DNA of 64,000 nt from Terriglobia bacterium (GTDB lineage: Bacteria > Acidobacteriota > Polarisedimenticolia > Polarisedimenticolales > JAIQFR01), in assembly GCA_963748015.1 (NCBI GenBank), contig CAVVHE010000005.1, positions 544,001 through 608,000 of the forward strand, in the 5' to 3' direction. Made by a program: the position numbers and the translations under genes. Shown here in pieces: positions 1 through 8,611 of the stretch (the stretch's first letter is position 1; every line of letters starts with the position of its first letter). The notes under the pieces are model-generated. The model ran no database searches, was not told the origin of the DNA, and saw nothing but the letters and a program-made list of their open reading frames with translations.

Positions 1-278
1 CGAACGATCTCGCGGATGTCCTCCTCGTCGTCCACGACGAGGACCGTGCGGGTCTTCTGGGCCCCCTTGAAGAAGGCCTCGTCGATCGGGATGTCGAACT
101 TCTGGAGGAACGCCCGGAAATCGTCCATGGCGACCCGGTAGTGGCCGCCCGGCGTCGAGAAGGCCCTGAGCTTCCCGGACTTGATCCACTTGAGCACGCC
201 ATCGTTGGTCACGGCGCAATACCGCGCGACCTCGGAGGTCGTGAAGAAGCGCCGCCCGTTCTCCGTCTCGCTCCCCAT
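1..278 (-). CDS. Response regulator with N-terminal excisionase/MerR-like HTH and receiver domain (runs off the left edge)
   Basis: Manual minus-strand translation MGSETENGRRFFTTSEVARYCAVTNDGVLKWIKSGKLRAFSTPGGHYRV...RTVLVVDDEEDIREIV; AGGAG RBS upstream; paralog of 27849-28481; not in the ORF track because it is truncated. Confidence 0.85.
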   Translation of the reverse strand, partial: MGSETENGRRFFTTSEVARYCAVTNDGVLKWIKSGKLRAFSTPGGHYRVAMDDFRAFLQKFDIPIDEAFFKGAQKTRTVLVVDDEEDIREIV

Positions 279-330
279 GGCGCAACTCCTCATCTTGCGT
301 GTTTCCGCGTTATCGGGTCTTTCAGGAAGC

Positions 331-381
331 AATATAAAGTCAGCGATTCAACTATGCAAATGACGAATTACATATTTGCAT
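331..381 (-). promoter_or_regulatory. Sigma70-like promoter of the regulator overlapped by an inverted repeat
   Basis: Minus strand TTGCAT-17bp-TATATT; ATGCAAAT(354-361)-N12-ATTTGCAT(374-381) in an AT-rich patch. Confidence 0.5.
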
Positions 382-409
382 CATGCCGGAAGTGTTGGGG
401 CACGAAGCG

Positions 410-438
410 TTGACGGGGTCCCGGGGGGGATGGTAATA
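410..438 (+). promoter_or_regulatory. Sigma70-like promoter of the tRNA/tadA operon
   Basis: TTGACG-17bp-TAATAT with extended -10 TG. Confidence 0.6.
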
Positions 439-488
439 TCCGGGTTTGCCTCGCGGAGTAGCGCATCGCAGGCCGGGATCGACCGGAA

Positions 489-565
489 CGGACCGTAGCT
501 CAGCTGGATAGAGCGACTGGCTACGAACCAGTAGGTCGGGGGTTCGAATCCCTCCGGTCCGACCA
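489..565 (+). tRNA. tRNA-Arg (ACG)
   Basis: Acceptor stem CGGACCG/CGGTCCG, D arm GCTC/GAGC, anticodon arm ACTGG-CT ACG AA-CCAGT, GGTTCGAATCC T loop, encoded CCA. Confidence 0.97.
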
Positions 566-614
566 GATCCCAGCGGTGGGGTGTAGGTTTCTCCGGAAAC
601 GGCCAGGGGAAGCG

Positions 615-1127
615 ATGGACGAGCGGTTCATGGAGATCGCGCTCGAGGAAGCCGTCCTTGCGCGCCTGGCCGGCGAGGTCCCGGTGGGGGCGGTCGTGGT
701 CCTCTCCGGGGAGATCGTGGGCCAGAGCCACAATTCCGTCCTCGCCCTCACCGATCCGTCGGCCCACGCCGAGGTGCTTGCGATGAGGGCGGCGGCGGCC
801 CGTGTGGGGAATTACCGGCTCAACGGGGCCAGCCTCTACTGCACCGTCGAGCCGTGCCTGATGTGCCTCGGCACCGCGATGCACGCGCGGATCGCGCGCG
901 TGGTCTATGGCGCGCCGGACCTCCGGGTGGGTGCCATCGGCCGTCTTTCGGCGCTGCGCGGCGCCGGAGCCGACTTCAACCACCGGTTCGAGGTGGTGGG
1001 CGGCATCCTGGCCGACAGGGCGGCCGAGTTGCTGCTCGACTTCTTCAGGGAGAAGCGGGCAGCCATGAGAATTCAGGCTTCGATCGCGACGTTCGAGGAG
1101 AGCGGAGAGGTACCGAAGTGGTCGTAA
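615..1127 (+). CDS. tadA: tRNA adenosine(34) deaminase
   Basis: EVPVGAV, HAE and EPCLMC zinc motifs; ATG at 615; stop codon lies within tRNA-Ser. Confidence 0.93.
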   Translation: MDERFMEIALEEAVLARLAGEVPVGAVVVLSGEIVGQSHNSVLALTDPSAHAEVLAMRAAAARVGNYRLNGASLYCTVEPCLMCLGTAMHARIARVVYGAPDLRVGAIGRLSALRGAGADFNHRFEVVGGILADRAAELLLDFFREKRAAMRIQASIATFEESGEVPKWS

Positions 1128-1196
1128 CGGGGCCGCCTCGAAAGCGGCTTGTCTCCGTGAGGAGGCACGTGGGTTCGAATCCCACCCTCTCCGCCA
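1104..1196 (+). tRNA. tRNA-Ser (CGA)
   Basis: GGAGAGG/CCTCTCC acceptor stem, GCCGC-CT CGA AA-GCGGC anticodon arm, long variable arm, GGTTCGAATCC, GCCA end. Confidence 0.95.
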
Positions 1197-1276
1197 GCAA
1201 GGGATTCGTCGGAGGCCGGAGGTAGAGGTCGTCGCGCTGACCTCCGGACGTCGAAGAGGATGGTTGGAACAGCCTC

Positions 1277-1366
1277 GGAGAGATGACCGAGTGGCTGAAG
1301 GTGCACGCTTGGAAAGCGTGTGTACGGGTAACCGTACCGTGGGTTCGAATCCCACTCTCTCCGCCA
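1277..1366 (+). tRNA. tRNA-Ser (GGA)
   Basis: GGAGAGA/TCTCTCC acceptor stem, CACGC-TT GGA AA-GCGTG, long variable arm, GCCA end. Confidence 0.96.
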
Positions 1367-1411
1367 CCGAAGGATGCGTCCCGCGTCGAGCGACGCGGAA
1401 CTAGGAATTGC

Positions 1412-1514
1412 GGGGCCCGAGCCCTGTGCACTGCGGTTCCGCGAACCCCGCCAGGCCCGGAAGGGAGCAACGGTAAGCGGGCCGCCGCAGGTGCCGCAGG
1501 TCAACTTGGGCCCC
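1412..1514 (+). ncRNA. ffs: Signal recognition particle RNA (4.5S type)
   Basis: Conserved CCAGGCCCGGAAGGGAGCA domain IV motif; ends GGGGCCC/GGGCCCC pair; usual position upstream of dnaX. Confidence 0.92.
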
Positions 1515-1620
1515 ATCAGCGGAGCCGGGTGTCGGGGACGAGGGGTCGTCGCTTCGCGGCGGCTCCCGTCCTCGGCCCGCGGCGCTCGGTCCGGGAAACG
1601 ATCGAGCGCGTCGGAGAGCC

Positions 1621-3438
1621 GTGACGTACCAGGTCCTGGCCCGCAAATGGCGGCCGCAGCGGCTCGAGGAGCTGGTCGGGCAGCAGCACGTCGCCCGGAC
1701 GCTTCGGAACGCCATCGAGGCGAACCGGCTCGCGCACGCGTACGTCTTTGCAGGGATTCGCGGGACCGGCAAGACCACCGTCGCCCGCATCCTCGCGAAG
1801 TGCCTCAACTGCGAGAGCGGGCCGACCCCCACCCCGTGCGGCGAGTGCGCTTCGTGCCGCGAGATCGTCGACGGCCACTCGATGGACGTGCTCGAGATGG
1901 ACGCCGCGTCGAGGACGGGTGTCGACGACATCCGCGAGCTGCAGGAGGTAGTCGCCTACGCGCCGGTCCGGGATCGTTACAAGATCCTGATCCTCGACGA
2001 AGCGCACATGCTCTCGAAGCCCGCGGTGAACGCCCTCCTCAAGACGCTCGAAGAGCCGCCGCCCCGCGTGGTCTTCGTGCTGGCGACGACGGAGTTGCAG
2101 AAGCTCCTGCCGACGATCCTCTCCCGCTGCCAGGTCTTCGAATTCCGGCGCGTCGCGCCGAGGGAGGTCGCCGCGCACCTCCGTAAGGTCTGCGACAGCG
2201 GCGGGTTCCGGATCTCCGAACGGACGCTCGACAGGATCGCGCGCGCGGGGGAGGGATCCGTGCGGGATTCCCTCTCGGTGCTCGAGCGCGTTCTGGCCTT
2301 CTGCGGCGACACGGTCGAGGACGAGCAGGCGCTCGCGGTCCTCGGCGCGGTTCGCACCGAGACGCTGGTCGGAATGGTCCGGGGTCTCGCGGGCCGCGAT
2401 GCCGCCGAGATGCTGGGGCTGCTCGACGCGCTGGCGGCGGAGGGGCACGACCTCCTCCACTTCTGGGGGGAGATGATCGCGGTACTCCGCGACCTGATCC
2501 TCCTCCGGACGCTCCCCGAGCGCCAGGACCTTCTGTCCCGGGGAAGCGAGGAGGCGCGGGCGCTGGCGGAGGCCGCGGAAGGGCTCTCGCGGGAGGACCT
2601 CTCCCGGGCGTTCCAGATCCTCGCCGACCTCGAGCCGGGCCTCAAGGGATCGAGCCAGCCGCGCTTCCTCTTCGAGGCCGCGCTCGTGCGGCTCGCGAGT
2701 CTCGGCGCCGTGACGCCGATCGAGGAGCTGCTCGCGGCGTTCGGCGCCGGCACCGGCGGGGATCGGCGGGTTCCGGCTCCCTCCCCCGCCCCCCGCGCCC
2801 CCGTGCCCGCCGCTCCGGCTCAAAAAAAAAAGACCGCTGAGCCAGCGCTGACAGCGAAGCCTGCCGGCGGCCGCGAGGCGGATCCTCCGGCTCCGGTGGC
2901 CGCCGCTCCCCCGCCGGTCGCGAGCGCCCCGGTCCGCGACGAAGGCGCGGTCGAGCGTTTCCGCGCGGCGGTATCGGAATCGAGCGGCATGCTCGGAGCG
3001 TCCCTCACGCAGGCGGCCTCCGTCGCGCTGGAAGATGGCGCGATCCTCATCGCCTACCCTCCCGCGCTCGACGGGATCCGGAAGGTGGTCGAGCGAGAGG
3101 AGAATCTCGCGACGCTCCGCCGCTGCGCGCTCGGGTCTTTCGGCAGGCCGCTCGAGGTGCGGATCGAGGCGGCTGCCGCGGCCGTACGGGGGGAACCGCG
3201 GAGGGAGGCGCCGCCCGTCACGGCGGCGCCTGCCGCGCCGCCGCGGCCGAAGGCGACCGTCGCCCAGCCGGCGCCCGCGGCGCGCGACGACTCGTCCTCG
3301 CTTCTGGACAAAGCCCGGTCGGAGCCGGCGATCCGCAAGCTCCTCTCCGAATTCGGGGCGCAGGTGATCGAGATCCGCCCGCTGGAGGCCGTGCGGCCGG
3401 CGGAATCCGCGGCCGACGGGCCGGAGGAGACCCCATGA
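1621..3438 (+). CDS. dnaX: DNA polymerase III subunit gamma/tau
   Basis: YQVLARKWRP start, GIRGTGKTT Walker A, Cys4 zinc module, DEAHML, SRC motif; Pro/Ala linker. Confidence 0.97.
   Translation: MTYQVLARKWRPQRLEELVGQQHVARTLRNAIEANRLAHAYVFAGIRGTGKTTVARILAKCLNCESGPTPTPCGECASCREIVDGHSMDVLEMDAASRTGVDDIRELQEVVAYAPVRDRYKILILDEAHMLSKPAVNALLKTLEEPPPRVVFVLATTELQKLLPTILSRCQVFEFRRVAPREVAAHLRKVCDSGGFRISERTLDRIARAGEGSVRDSLSVLERVLAFCGDTVEDEQALAVLGAVRTETLVGMVRGLAGRDAAEMLGLLDALAAEGHDLLHFWGEMIAVLRDLILLRTLPERQDLLSRGSEEARALAEAAEGLSREDLSRAFQILADLEPGLKGSSQPRFLFEAALVRLASLGAVTPIEELLAAFGAGTGGDRRVPAPSPAPRAPVPAAPAQKKKTAEPALTAKPAGGREADPPAPVAAAPPPVASAPVRDEGAVERFRAAVSESSGMLGASLTQAASVALEDGAILIAYPPALDGIRKVVEREENLATLRRCALGSFGRPLEVRIEAAAAAVRGEPRREAPPVTAAPAAPPRPKATVAQPAPAARDDSSSLLDKARSEPAIRKLLSEFGAQVIEIRPLEAVRPAESAADGPEETP
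2822..2840 (+). other. A10G slippery sequence in dnaX (putative gamma-generating recoding site)
   Basis: CAA AAA AAA AAG ACC GCT GA; -1 frame stop TGA at 2838-2840. Confidence 0.7.
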
Positions 3439-3734
3439 ACCTGGGAAAGATGATGAAGGACCTGCAGAAGATGCAGGAGAAGCTGCAGGTGGAAGTGGAA
3501 ACGCTGGAGGTCGAAGCGACCGCCGGCGGCGGCGTGGTCACCGCGAGAATGAACGGGAAGAAGCAGCTCGTGTCCCTGCACCTGGCGCCCGAAGCGATCA
3601 CCCCCGACGATCCGGGCATGGTCGAGGACCTGGTCCTCGCGGCCGTGAACGAGGCGGGGCGCAAGGTGGACGCCGAGGTCGAGCGGCTGACGCAGGGAAT
3701 GACCGCGGGGCTCAAGATCCCCGGAATGCGATAG
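3435..3734 (+). CDS. ybaB: YbaB/EbfC nucleoid-associated protein
   Basis: AGGGVV...NGKKQL...[11 protein letters not shown]; lies between dnaX and recR. Confidence 0.93.
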   Translation: MNLGKMMKDLQKMQEKLQVEVETLEVEATAGGGVVTARMNGKKQLVSLHLAPEAITPDDPGMVEDLVLAAVNEAGRKVDAEVERLTQGMTAGLKIPGMR

Positions 3735-3741
3735 GCACTCC

Positions 3742-4341
3742 GTGACCGCGCTGCCCCCCGCGCTCGAGCGGATGATCGCCGAGCTCTCGAAGCTCCCCGG
3801 CGTGGGGACGAAGACCGCGCAGCGCCTGGCGTTCCATCTCCTGCGGGCACCCCGCGAGGACGTCTTCGCCCTGTCCGACGCGATCCGGGAGCTGCGCGAC
3901 CGGCTGCGCTTCTGCTCGGTTTGCTTCAACATCGCCGAGGGCGAGCTGTGCCCGGTCTGCTCCGACCCGCGCCGCGACCGTACGGCGGTCTGCGTCGTGG
4001 AGGAGCCCGCGAACCTCACCTCCATCGAGCGGACCCACTCCTTCCACGGCGTCTACCACGTGCTCGGCGGAGCCCTTTCGCCGCTCAAGGACGTCGGGCC
4101 CGACGACCTCCACATCCGCGAGCTGGTGGAGCGCACCCGCAAGGAGGGGTTCCGTGAGGTCGTCCTCGCGACCAACCCCGACGTGGAGGGCGAGGCCACC
4201 GCCGTCTACCTCTCCCGCCTGCTGAAGCCTCTCGGCGTCGCGGTCACCCGGCTCGCGCAGGGCCTCCCCGCCGGCGCCGACCTCGAGTTCACCGACGACC
4301 TCACCCTGACCCGCGCCTTCGAGGGCCGCCGGGAGTTCTGA
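3742..4341 (+). CDS. recR: Recombination mediator RecR
   Basis: [17 protein letters not shown]hH, C4 zinc finger, [18 protein letters not shown]. Confidence 0.97.
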   Translation: MTALPPALERMIAELSKLPGVGTKTAQRLAFHLLRAPREDVFALSDAIRELRDRLRFCSVCFNIAEGELCPVCSDPRRDRTAVCVVEEPANLTSIERTHSFHGVYHVLGGALSPLKDVGPDDLHIRELVERTRKEGFREVVLATNPDVEGEATAVYLSRLLKPLGVAVTRLAQGLPAGADLEFTDDLTLTRAFEGRREF

Positions 4342-4361
4342 CCTGAAAACGCTGCCGCTCC

Positions 4362-4529
4362 CTCGGCTCCGGTGCGCGGCGTTCAGGGATCCCTCCCAGC
4401 GACGTCGGCAGGAGCGCGTCCGCGCTTTCGGCGCGCGGACGCGCGATGCCAGAGCGAGGAGCGAGGCGCAACGCCGAGCGACGAGCGCTCGCGGGGAGGG
4501 ATCCCTGAGCGCCGCGCACCGGAGCCGAG
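4362..4529. repeat. Intergenic long inverted-repeat (REP/MITE-like) element
   Basis: CTCGGCTCCGGTGCGCGGCGTTCAGGGATCCCTCCC ... GGGAGGGATCCCTGAGCGCCGCGCACCGGAGCCGAG; degenerate second right arm at about 4588-4650. Confidence 0.7.
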
Positions 4530-4766
4530 CGCTCGCGGGAAGGGACCCCCTGAACCCGGACCCTGGAGGTCGACGCCGTTCGGTAGGCGCTCGCGGGGAG
4601 GGATGTCCGACCGCCGCGACCCGGAGCCGAGCGCGCGCAGGGGGTGTCCCCAGAACCCGGGACCGGAAGACGATTTCGGCTCCGACTTGCCTCGGCACGA
4701 GATGGGGCGTTAGATTAGCGCCGTTCGCCCGGCGACGTCCGCCGGGGGGAGGTCCCTGCGGGTTCC

Positions 4767-5261
4767 ATGGCTGTCGCCGATCTCGTCCTCCTCGAGTCCG
4801 ACCACGCCCGGCTCGTGGCCGTGTTGGAGCGGCTCCGCCAGGACTCCAACTCGAAGCTCGTTTTCCTGCTGGACAAGAACGGCCAGCAGATGGCCCTCTC
4901 CGGGAACGCCGACTCGATCGATATCACCTCGCTCGCGTCGCTCACCGCGGGGAACGTCGCGGCCACGGACGGGCTGGCGAAGCTCGTCGGCGAGCGCGAG
5001 TTCTCGATCCTCTTCCACGAGGGGGAGCACGACAACCTCCACATCAACGTGGTGGGGGGGAGCGCGATCCTCCTGGTGCTCTTCGATCTCCGGTCGTCGC
5101 TCGGCCTGGTGAGGCTCAGGGTCAAGAAGGCGACCGTCGAGCTCGGCGCGGTCCTGGACGAGGTGGTGGCGCGCGCCGAGGCGCTGCGGGCGGGCGCGGC
5201 CGGCGCGCGCTCGCCGTTCGCCGAGATCACCGACGAAGATATCGACGCCCTCTTCAATTGA
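4767..5261 (+). CDS. mglB: Roadblock/LC7 protein MglB (GAP for MglA)
   Basis: LASLTAGNVAATDGLAKLVGEREFS, SSLGLVRLRV, acidic C-terminal EITDEDIDALF. Confidence 0.92.
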   Translation: MAVADLVLLESDHARLVAVLERLRQDSNSKLVFLLDKNGQQMALSGNADSIDITSLASLTAGNVAATDGLAKLVGEREFSILFHEGEHDNLHINVVGGSAILLVLFDLRSSLGLVRLRVKKATVELGAVLDEVVARAEALRAGAAGARSPFAEITDEDIDALFN

Positions 5262-5292
5262 CTCGGTTCGGCCGTAGTATCATCCGCTACCG

Positions 5293-5877
5293 ATGACCTT
5301 CATCAATTACGCCGCGCGCGAGATCAACTGCAAGATCGTCTATTACGGCCCGGGTCTGGGCGGAAAGACGACCAACATCCAGTACATCTACGAGAAGACC
5401 GGGAACAACACCAAGGGAAAGCTGATCTCGCTGGCGACCGAAACCGACCGCACCCTGTTCTTCGACTTCCTTCCGATCGAGTTCGGCTCGATCCGCGGCT
5501 TCCGCACGCGCTTCCACCTCTACACCGTGCCCGGACAGGTGTTCTACGACGCGTCGAGGAAGCTGATCCTCAAGGGGGTGGACGGCGTGGTGTTCGTCTC
5601 GGACTCGCAGGAGGTCCGGATGGACGCCAACGTGGAGTCCATCCGCAACTTGAGCGACAACCTCAAGGAGCACGGCTACGACCTGATGAAGGTCCCGTAC
5701 GTCCTGCAGCTCAACAAGCGCGACTTGCCGACCGCCGTGCCGGTGCCGCAGATGGTCGCCGCCCTCCGGATCAAGAACGAGCCGGTCTACGAGGCGGTCG
5801 CCCCGCGGGGCCTGGGTGTCTTCGACACCCTCAAGGCCATCGTCAAGTCCGTCCTCCTCGACCTGCGGAGCCGGTAA
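5293..5877 (+). CDS. mglA: Small GTPase MglA
   Basis: [46 protein letters not shown]. Confidence 0.96.
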   Translation: MTFINYAAREINCKIVYYGPGLGGKTTNIQYIYEKTGNNTKGKLISLATETDRTLFFDFLPIEFGSIRGFRTRFHLYTVPGQVFYDASRKLILKGVDGVVFVSDSQEVRMDANVESIRNLSDNLKEHGYDLMKVPYVLQLNKRDLPTAVPVPQMVAALRIKNEPVYEAVAPRGLGVFDTLKAIVKSVLLDLRSR

Positions 5878-5984
5878 GCCCAATCGGCGCGCCGCGCTTG
5901 GGAAGGGCCGGGGCAATCCTCGGCGACCTCCCTCGGCCCTTCCCAAGCGCGGCGGAGAATGCGGAACCGCGCTCCGACGGCGTC

Positions 5985-6013
5985 TTGACACCCCCCTGGG
6001 GGGTGTCTATAGT
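5985..6013 (+). promoter_or_regulatory. Near-consensus sigma70 promoter of rplU-rpmA with palindromic spacer
   Basis: TTGACA-17bp-TATAGT; GACACCCCCC-T-GGGGGGTGTC palindrome at 5987-6007. Confidence 0.8.
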
Positions 6014-6045
6014 GTGCGTTTTGCAAATAGGCGGAGGTCCCATCG

Positions 6046-6360
6046 ATGATTGCCGTGATCGAGACTGGTGGTAAACAGCACCGCGTCCGGGTGGGGGAAG
6101 TGGTGCGGGTCGAGTCACTTCCCGCGGAGGCCGGCGCGCCGGTCGTGTTCGACCGCGTTCTCCTTGTCGGAGAAGGAGATGCGGCCCGCATCGGGACGCC
6201 GACCGTGGAGGGCGCCCGCGTGACCGGCACGGTCGTTTCGAACGGGCGCGGCGCGAAGATCATCGGCTACCTGTTCAAGCACCGGAAGAACTCCAACCGC
6301 AAGCGGTGGGGCCACCGCCAGAACTTCACGGCGGTCAAGATCGACGCCATCGAAGCCTGA
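6046..6360 (+). CDS. rplU: 50S ribosomal protein L21
   Basis: [12 protein letters not shown]...GHRQ. Confidence 0.96.
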   Translation: MIAVIETGGKQHRVRVGEVVRVESLPAEAGAPVVFDRVLLVGEGDAARIGTPTVEGARVTGTVVSNGRGAKIIGYLFKHRKNSNRKRWGHRQNFTAVKIDAIEA

Positions 6361-6374
6361 TCCCGGAGGTCGCC

Positions 6375-6632
6375 ATGGCACACAAGAAGGCGGGTGGAAG
6401 CTCTCGGAACGGCCGCGATTCGAACGCGCAGCGGCTCGGCGTCAAGCGGTTCGGCGGCGAGCTCGTGCACGGCGGCACGATCCTGGTGCGGCAGCGTGGG
6501 ACCCCGATCCAGGCCGGCAAGAACGTCGGCCGCGGAAAGGACGACACCCTGTTCGCGCTCACCGCGGGGCACGTGAAGTTCGTGGACCGCGGCCGTTTGG
6601 GGCGGTTCGTGAGCGTCGTCCCGGCCGAGTAA
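6375..6632 (+). CDS. rpmA: 50S ribosomal protein L27
   Basis: [16 protein letters not shown]...[19 protein letters not shown]. Confidence 0.97.
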   Translation: MAHKKAGGSSRNGRDSNAQRLGVKRFGGELVHGGTILVRQRGTPIQAGKNVGRGKDDTLFALTAGHVKFVDRGRLGRFVSVVPAE

Positions 6633-6649
6633 CGATCCAGCGAATCTCG

Positions 6650-6689
6650 AGGCCGGCCCGGCACGCTCGGGCCGGCCTTCGTGTTTCTT
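6650..6689 (+). terminator. Possible intrinsic terminator after rpmA
   Basis: AGGCCGGCCCG-loop-CGGGCCGGCCT followed by a weak T tract. Confidence 0.45.
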
Positions 6690-6827
6690 CCCCAGGAGAC
6701 AGCAACCGCACTCGGGCCTACGCCTTCACTCCGTTCGACCCTGCGCGGGAGTGTGGCTGTCCCCCGTGGCGGTCGCCGCACCTTTGTTTCGAGCCGCGGT
6801 ATTAGACTACGTGTCGGAGAGTTGCCC

Positions 6828-7901
6828 TTGTTCGTGGACGAGGCCCGGATCACGGTGGCCGGCGGCGACGGCGGCGACGGCTGCCTCTCCTTCCGCAGGG
6901 AGAAATACGTCCCCAGGGGCGGGCCCGACGGGGGCAACGGCGGGGACGGGGGCTCGGTGATCCTCCTGGCGGGGCCCGACGTCACCACCCTCCTCGCGTT
7001 CCGCTACCGGTCGATCTACAGGGCCGACCGCGGACGGCACGGGCAGGGCGCCCTGAAGACCGGCCGCTCCGGGGAGGATCTCGTCGTCGCCGTTCCGGTC
7101 GGCACGGTCGTGATGGACGAGTCGGGCTCGACGCTCCTTGCCGACCTCTCCCATCCCGGCGAGCGCTTCGTCGCGGCCGGCGGCGGCCACGGCGGCCGCG
7201 GCAACGCCTGCTTCGCGACCTCCACGAACCGCGCCCCCCGGCGTCACGAGCCCGGGATCCCGGGCCAGGAGCGCGTCCTGCGTCTCGAGCTCAAGCTCCT
7301 CGCCGACGTCGCGCTCGTCGGCCTTCCGAACGCCGGCAAGTCCACCATGATCTCGAGAATTTCCGCGGCCCGGCCGAAGATCGCCGACTACCCCTTCACC
7401 ACGCTGGTCCCCAATCTCGGCGTCGTGGATCGCGGCGACTTCCGCTCTTTCGTCGTCGCCGACATTCCCGGCCTCATCGAGGGGGCCCACCGCGGCGCGG
7501 GGCTCGGCCACCGTTTCCTGCGGCACGTGGAGCGGTGCCGCCTGATCCTCCACCTCGTGGATCTCGCCTCTCCCTCGGGGGATCCGATCGCGGACATCGA
7601 GGTCGTGGACCGGGAGCTCGGCCGATACCGGAAGGAGCTGGGCGACAAGCCCCAGATCCTGGTGGGCACCAAGTCCGACGCCTCGCAGGACGCCGCCGCG
7701 TTGCGGCGGCTGGAGAAGTACGCGGCGCGTCGTCGGCTCCGGCTGCTGGTCGTTTCCGCGGTCGCCGGGACCGGCGTCGACCGCCTCGTCGCCGAGACGG
7801 GCTCCGCCCTCGACAGGCTCGACCGAGGCGAGCCGGTCTTCGAGCCCTCGAGCGAGCGGGCGCCGCGGGGCGGCCGCCGGGTGAAGAAGGCGGGGCGGTG
7901 A
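6828..7901 (+). CDS. obgE: GTPase ObgE/CgtA
   Basis: TTG start FVDEA; Gly-rich Obg fold FRREKYVPRGGPDGG; GLPNAGKST, YPFTT, DIPG. Confidence 0.96.
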   Translation: MFVDEARITVAGGDGGDGCLSFRREKYVPRGGPDGGNGGDGGSVILLAGPDVTTLLAFRYRSIYRADRGRHGQGALKTGRSGEDLVVAVPVGTVVMDESGSTLLADLSHPGERFVAAGGGHGGRGNACFATSTNRAPRRHEPGIPGQERVLRLELKLLADVALVGLPNAGKSTMISRISAARPKIADYPFTTLVPNLGVVDRGDFRSFVVADIPGLIEGAHRGAGLGHRFLRHVERCRLILHLVDLASPSGDPIADIEVVDRELGRYRKELGDKPQILVGTKSDASQDAAALRRLEKYAARRRLRLLVVSAVAGTGVDRLVAETGSALDRLDRGEPVFEPSSERAPRGGRRVKKAGR

Positions 7902-8611
7902 CCGGGGGGGCCGGGCAGCGCCTTCCGCGCGTCGGCGTGCTCGGCGGGACGTTCGATCCCGTGCACCTCGGCCATCTGCACGCGGCGGGAGAGGCGAGGC
8001 GCGTCTTCGCGCTGCCCCGCGTCCTCCTCGTGCCGTGCGCGACCCCGCCCCACAAGAGCCGTCCCGATCTCACCCCCGCCGCGCACCGTCTCGCGATGCT
8101 TCGCGCCGCGGCCGCCGGCCGGGAAGGGCTCGAGGTGAGCGATCTCGAGCTCGCCCGCGGCGGCGTCTCGTACACCTTCGAGACCCTCCGAGCCCTCGCC
8201 TCCGGCCCGCCCCCCGCGCGCCCGCTCCTGATCCTCGGCGTGGACGCTCTGCGCGAGATCGGGACCTGGTATCGCCACCACGACCTGCTCCGGGACTTCG
8301 ACCTGATCGCGGTGGACCGCCCCCCGGACGATGCGGTCCGCGCCGCATCCGACGCTCTGGATCTCCCCGCGGACGTCGCGGCCGGCGTGGTGCCGGTCGC
8401 GTGCGAGGCCGGAGCGGGAGCCGGCGCCGGCTCGGACGAAGCGCCGGCGCCCGGACGGATCTACCTCGTGCGCATCGCTCCGCTGCCGATCTCGTCGAGC
8501 CGCGTCCGCGCGCTCGCGGCGGCGGGAGAGCCCATTGCCGGGCTTGTTCCCGATGCGGTGGCCCGTTATATTCAGGCGCACGGACTTTACCGAAAGGAGG
8601 CACGCCGCTGA
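7898..8611 (+). CDS. nadD: Nicotinate-nucleotide adenylyltransferase
   Basis: GGTFDPVHLGH, PPHK, SYTFETL, ISSSRVR; GTG start overlaps the obgE stop. Confidence 0.92.
   Translation: MTGGAGQRLPRVGVLGGTFDPVHLGHLHAAGEARRVFALPRVLLVPCATPPHKSRPDLTPAAHRLAMLRAAAAGREGLEVSDLELARGGVSYTFETLRALASGPPPARPLLILGVDALREIGTWYRHHDLLRDFDLIAVDRPPDDAVRAASDALDLPADVAAGVVPVACEAGAGAGAGSDEAPAPGRIYLVRIAPLPISSSRVRALAAAGEPIAGLVPDAVARYIQAHGLYRKEARR

Noticed and set aside
1..278. Phage excisionase
   Set aside because: The HTH is fused to a receiver domain and has a chromosomal paralog, so it is a regulator
489..1366. Prophage or island integration at the tRNAs
   Set aside because: No integrase, and no duplicated tRNA 3' end was noticed elsewhere in the window
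381..1516. Minus-strand ORFs containing AERVGFEPT-like peptides
   Set aside because: These are antisense translations of the tRNA and SRP genes
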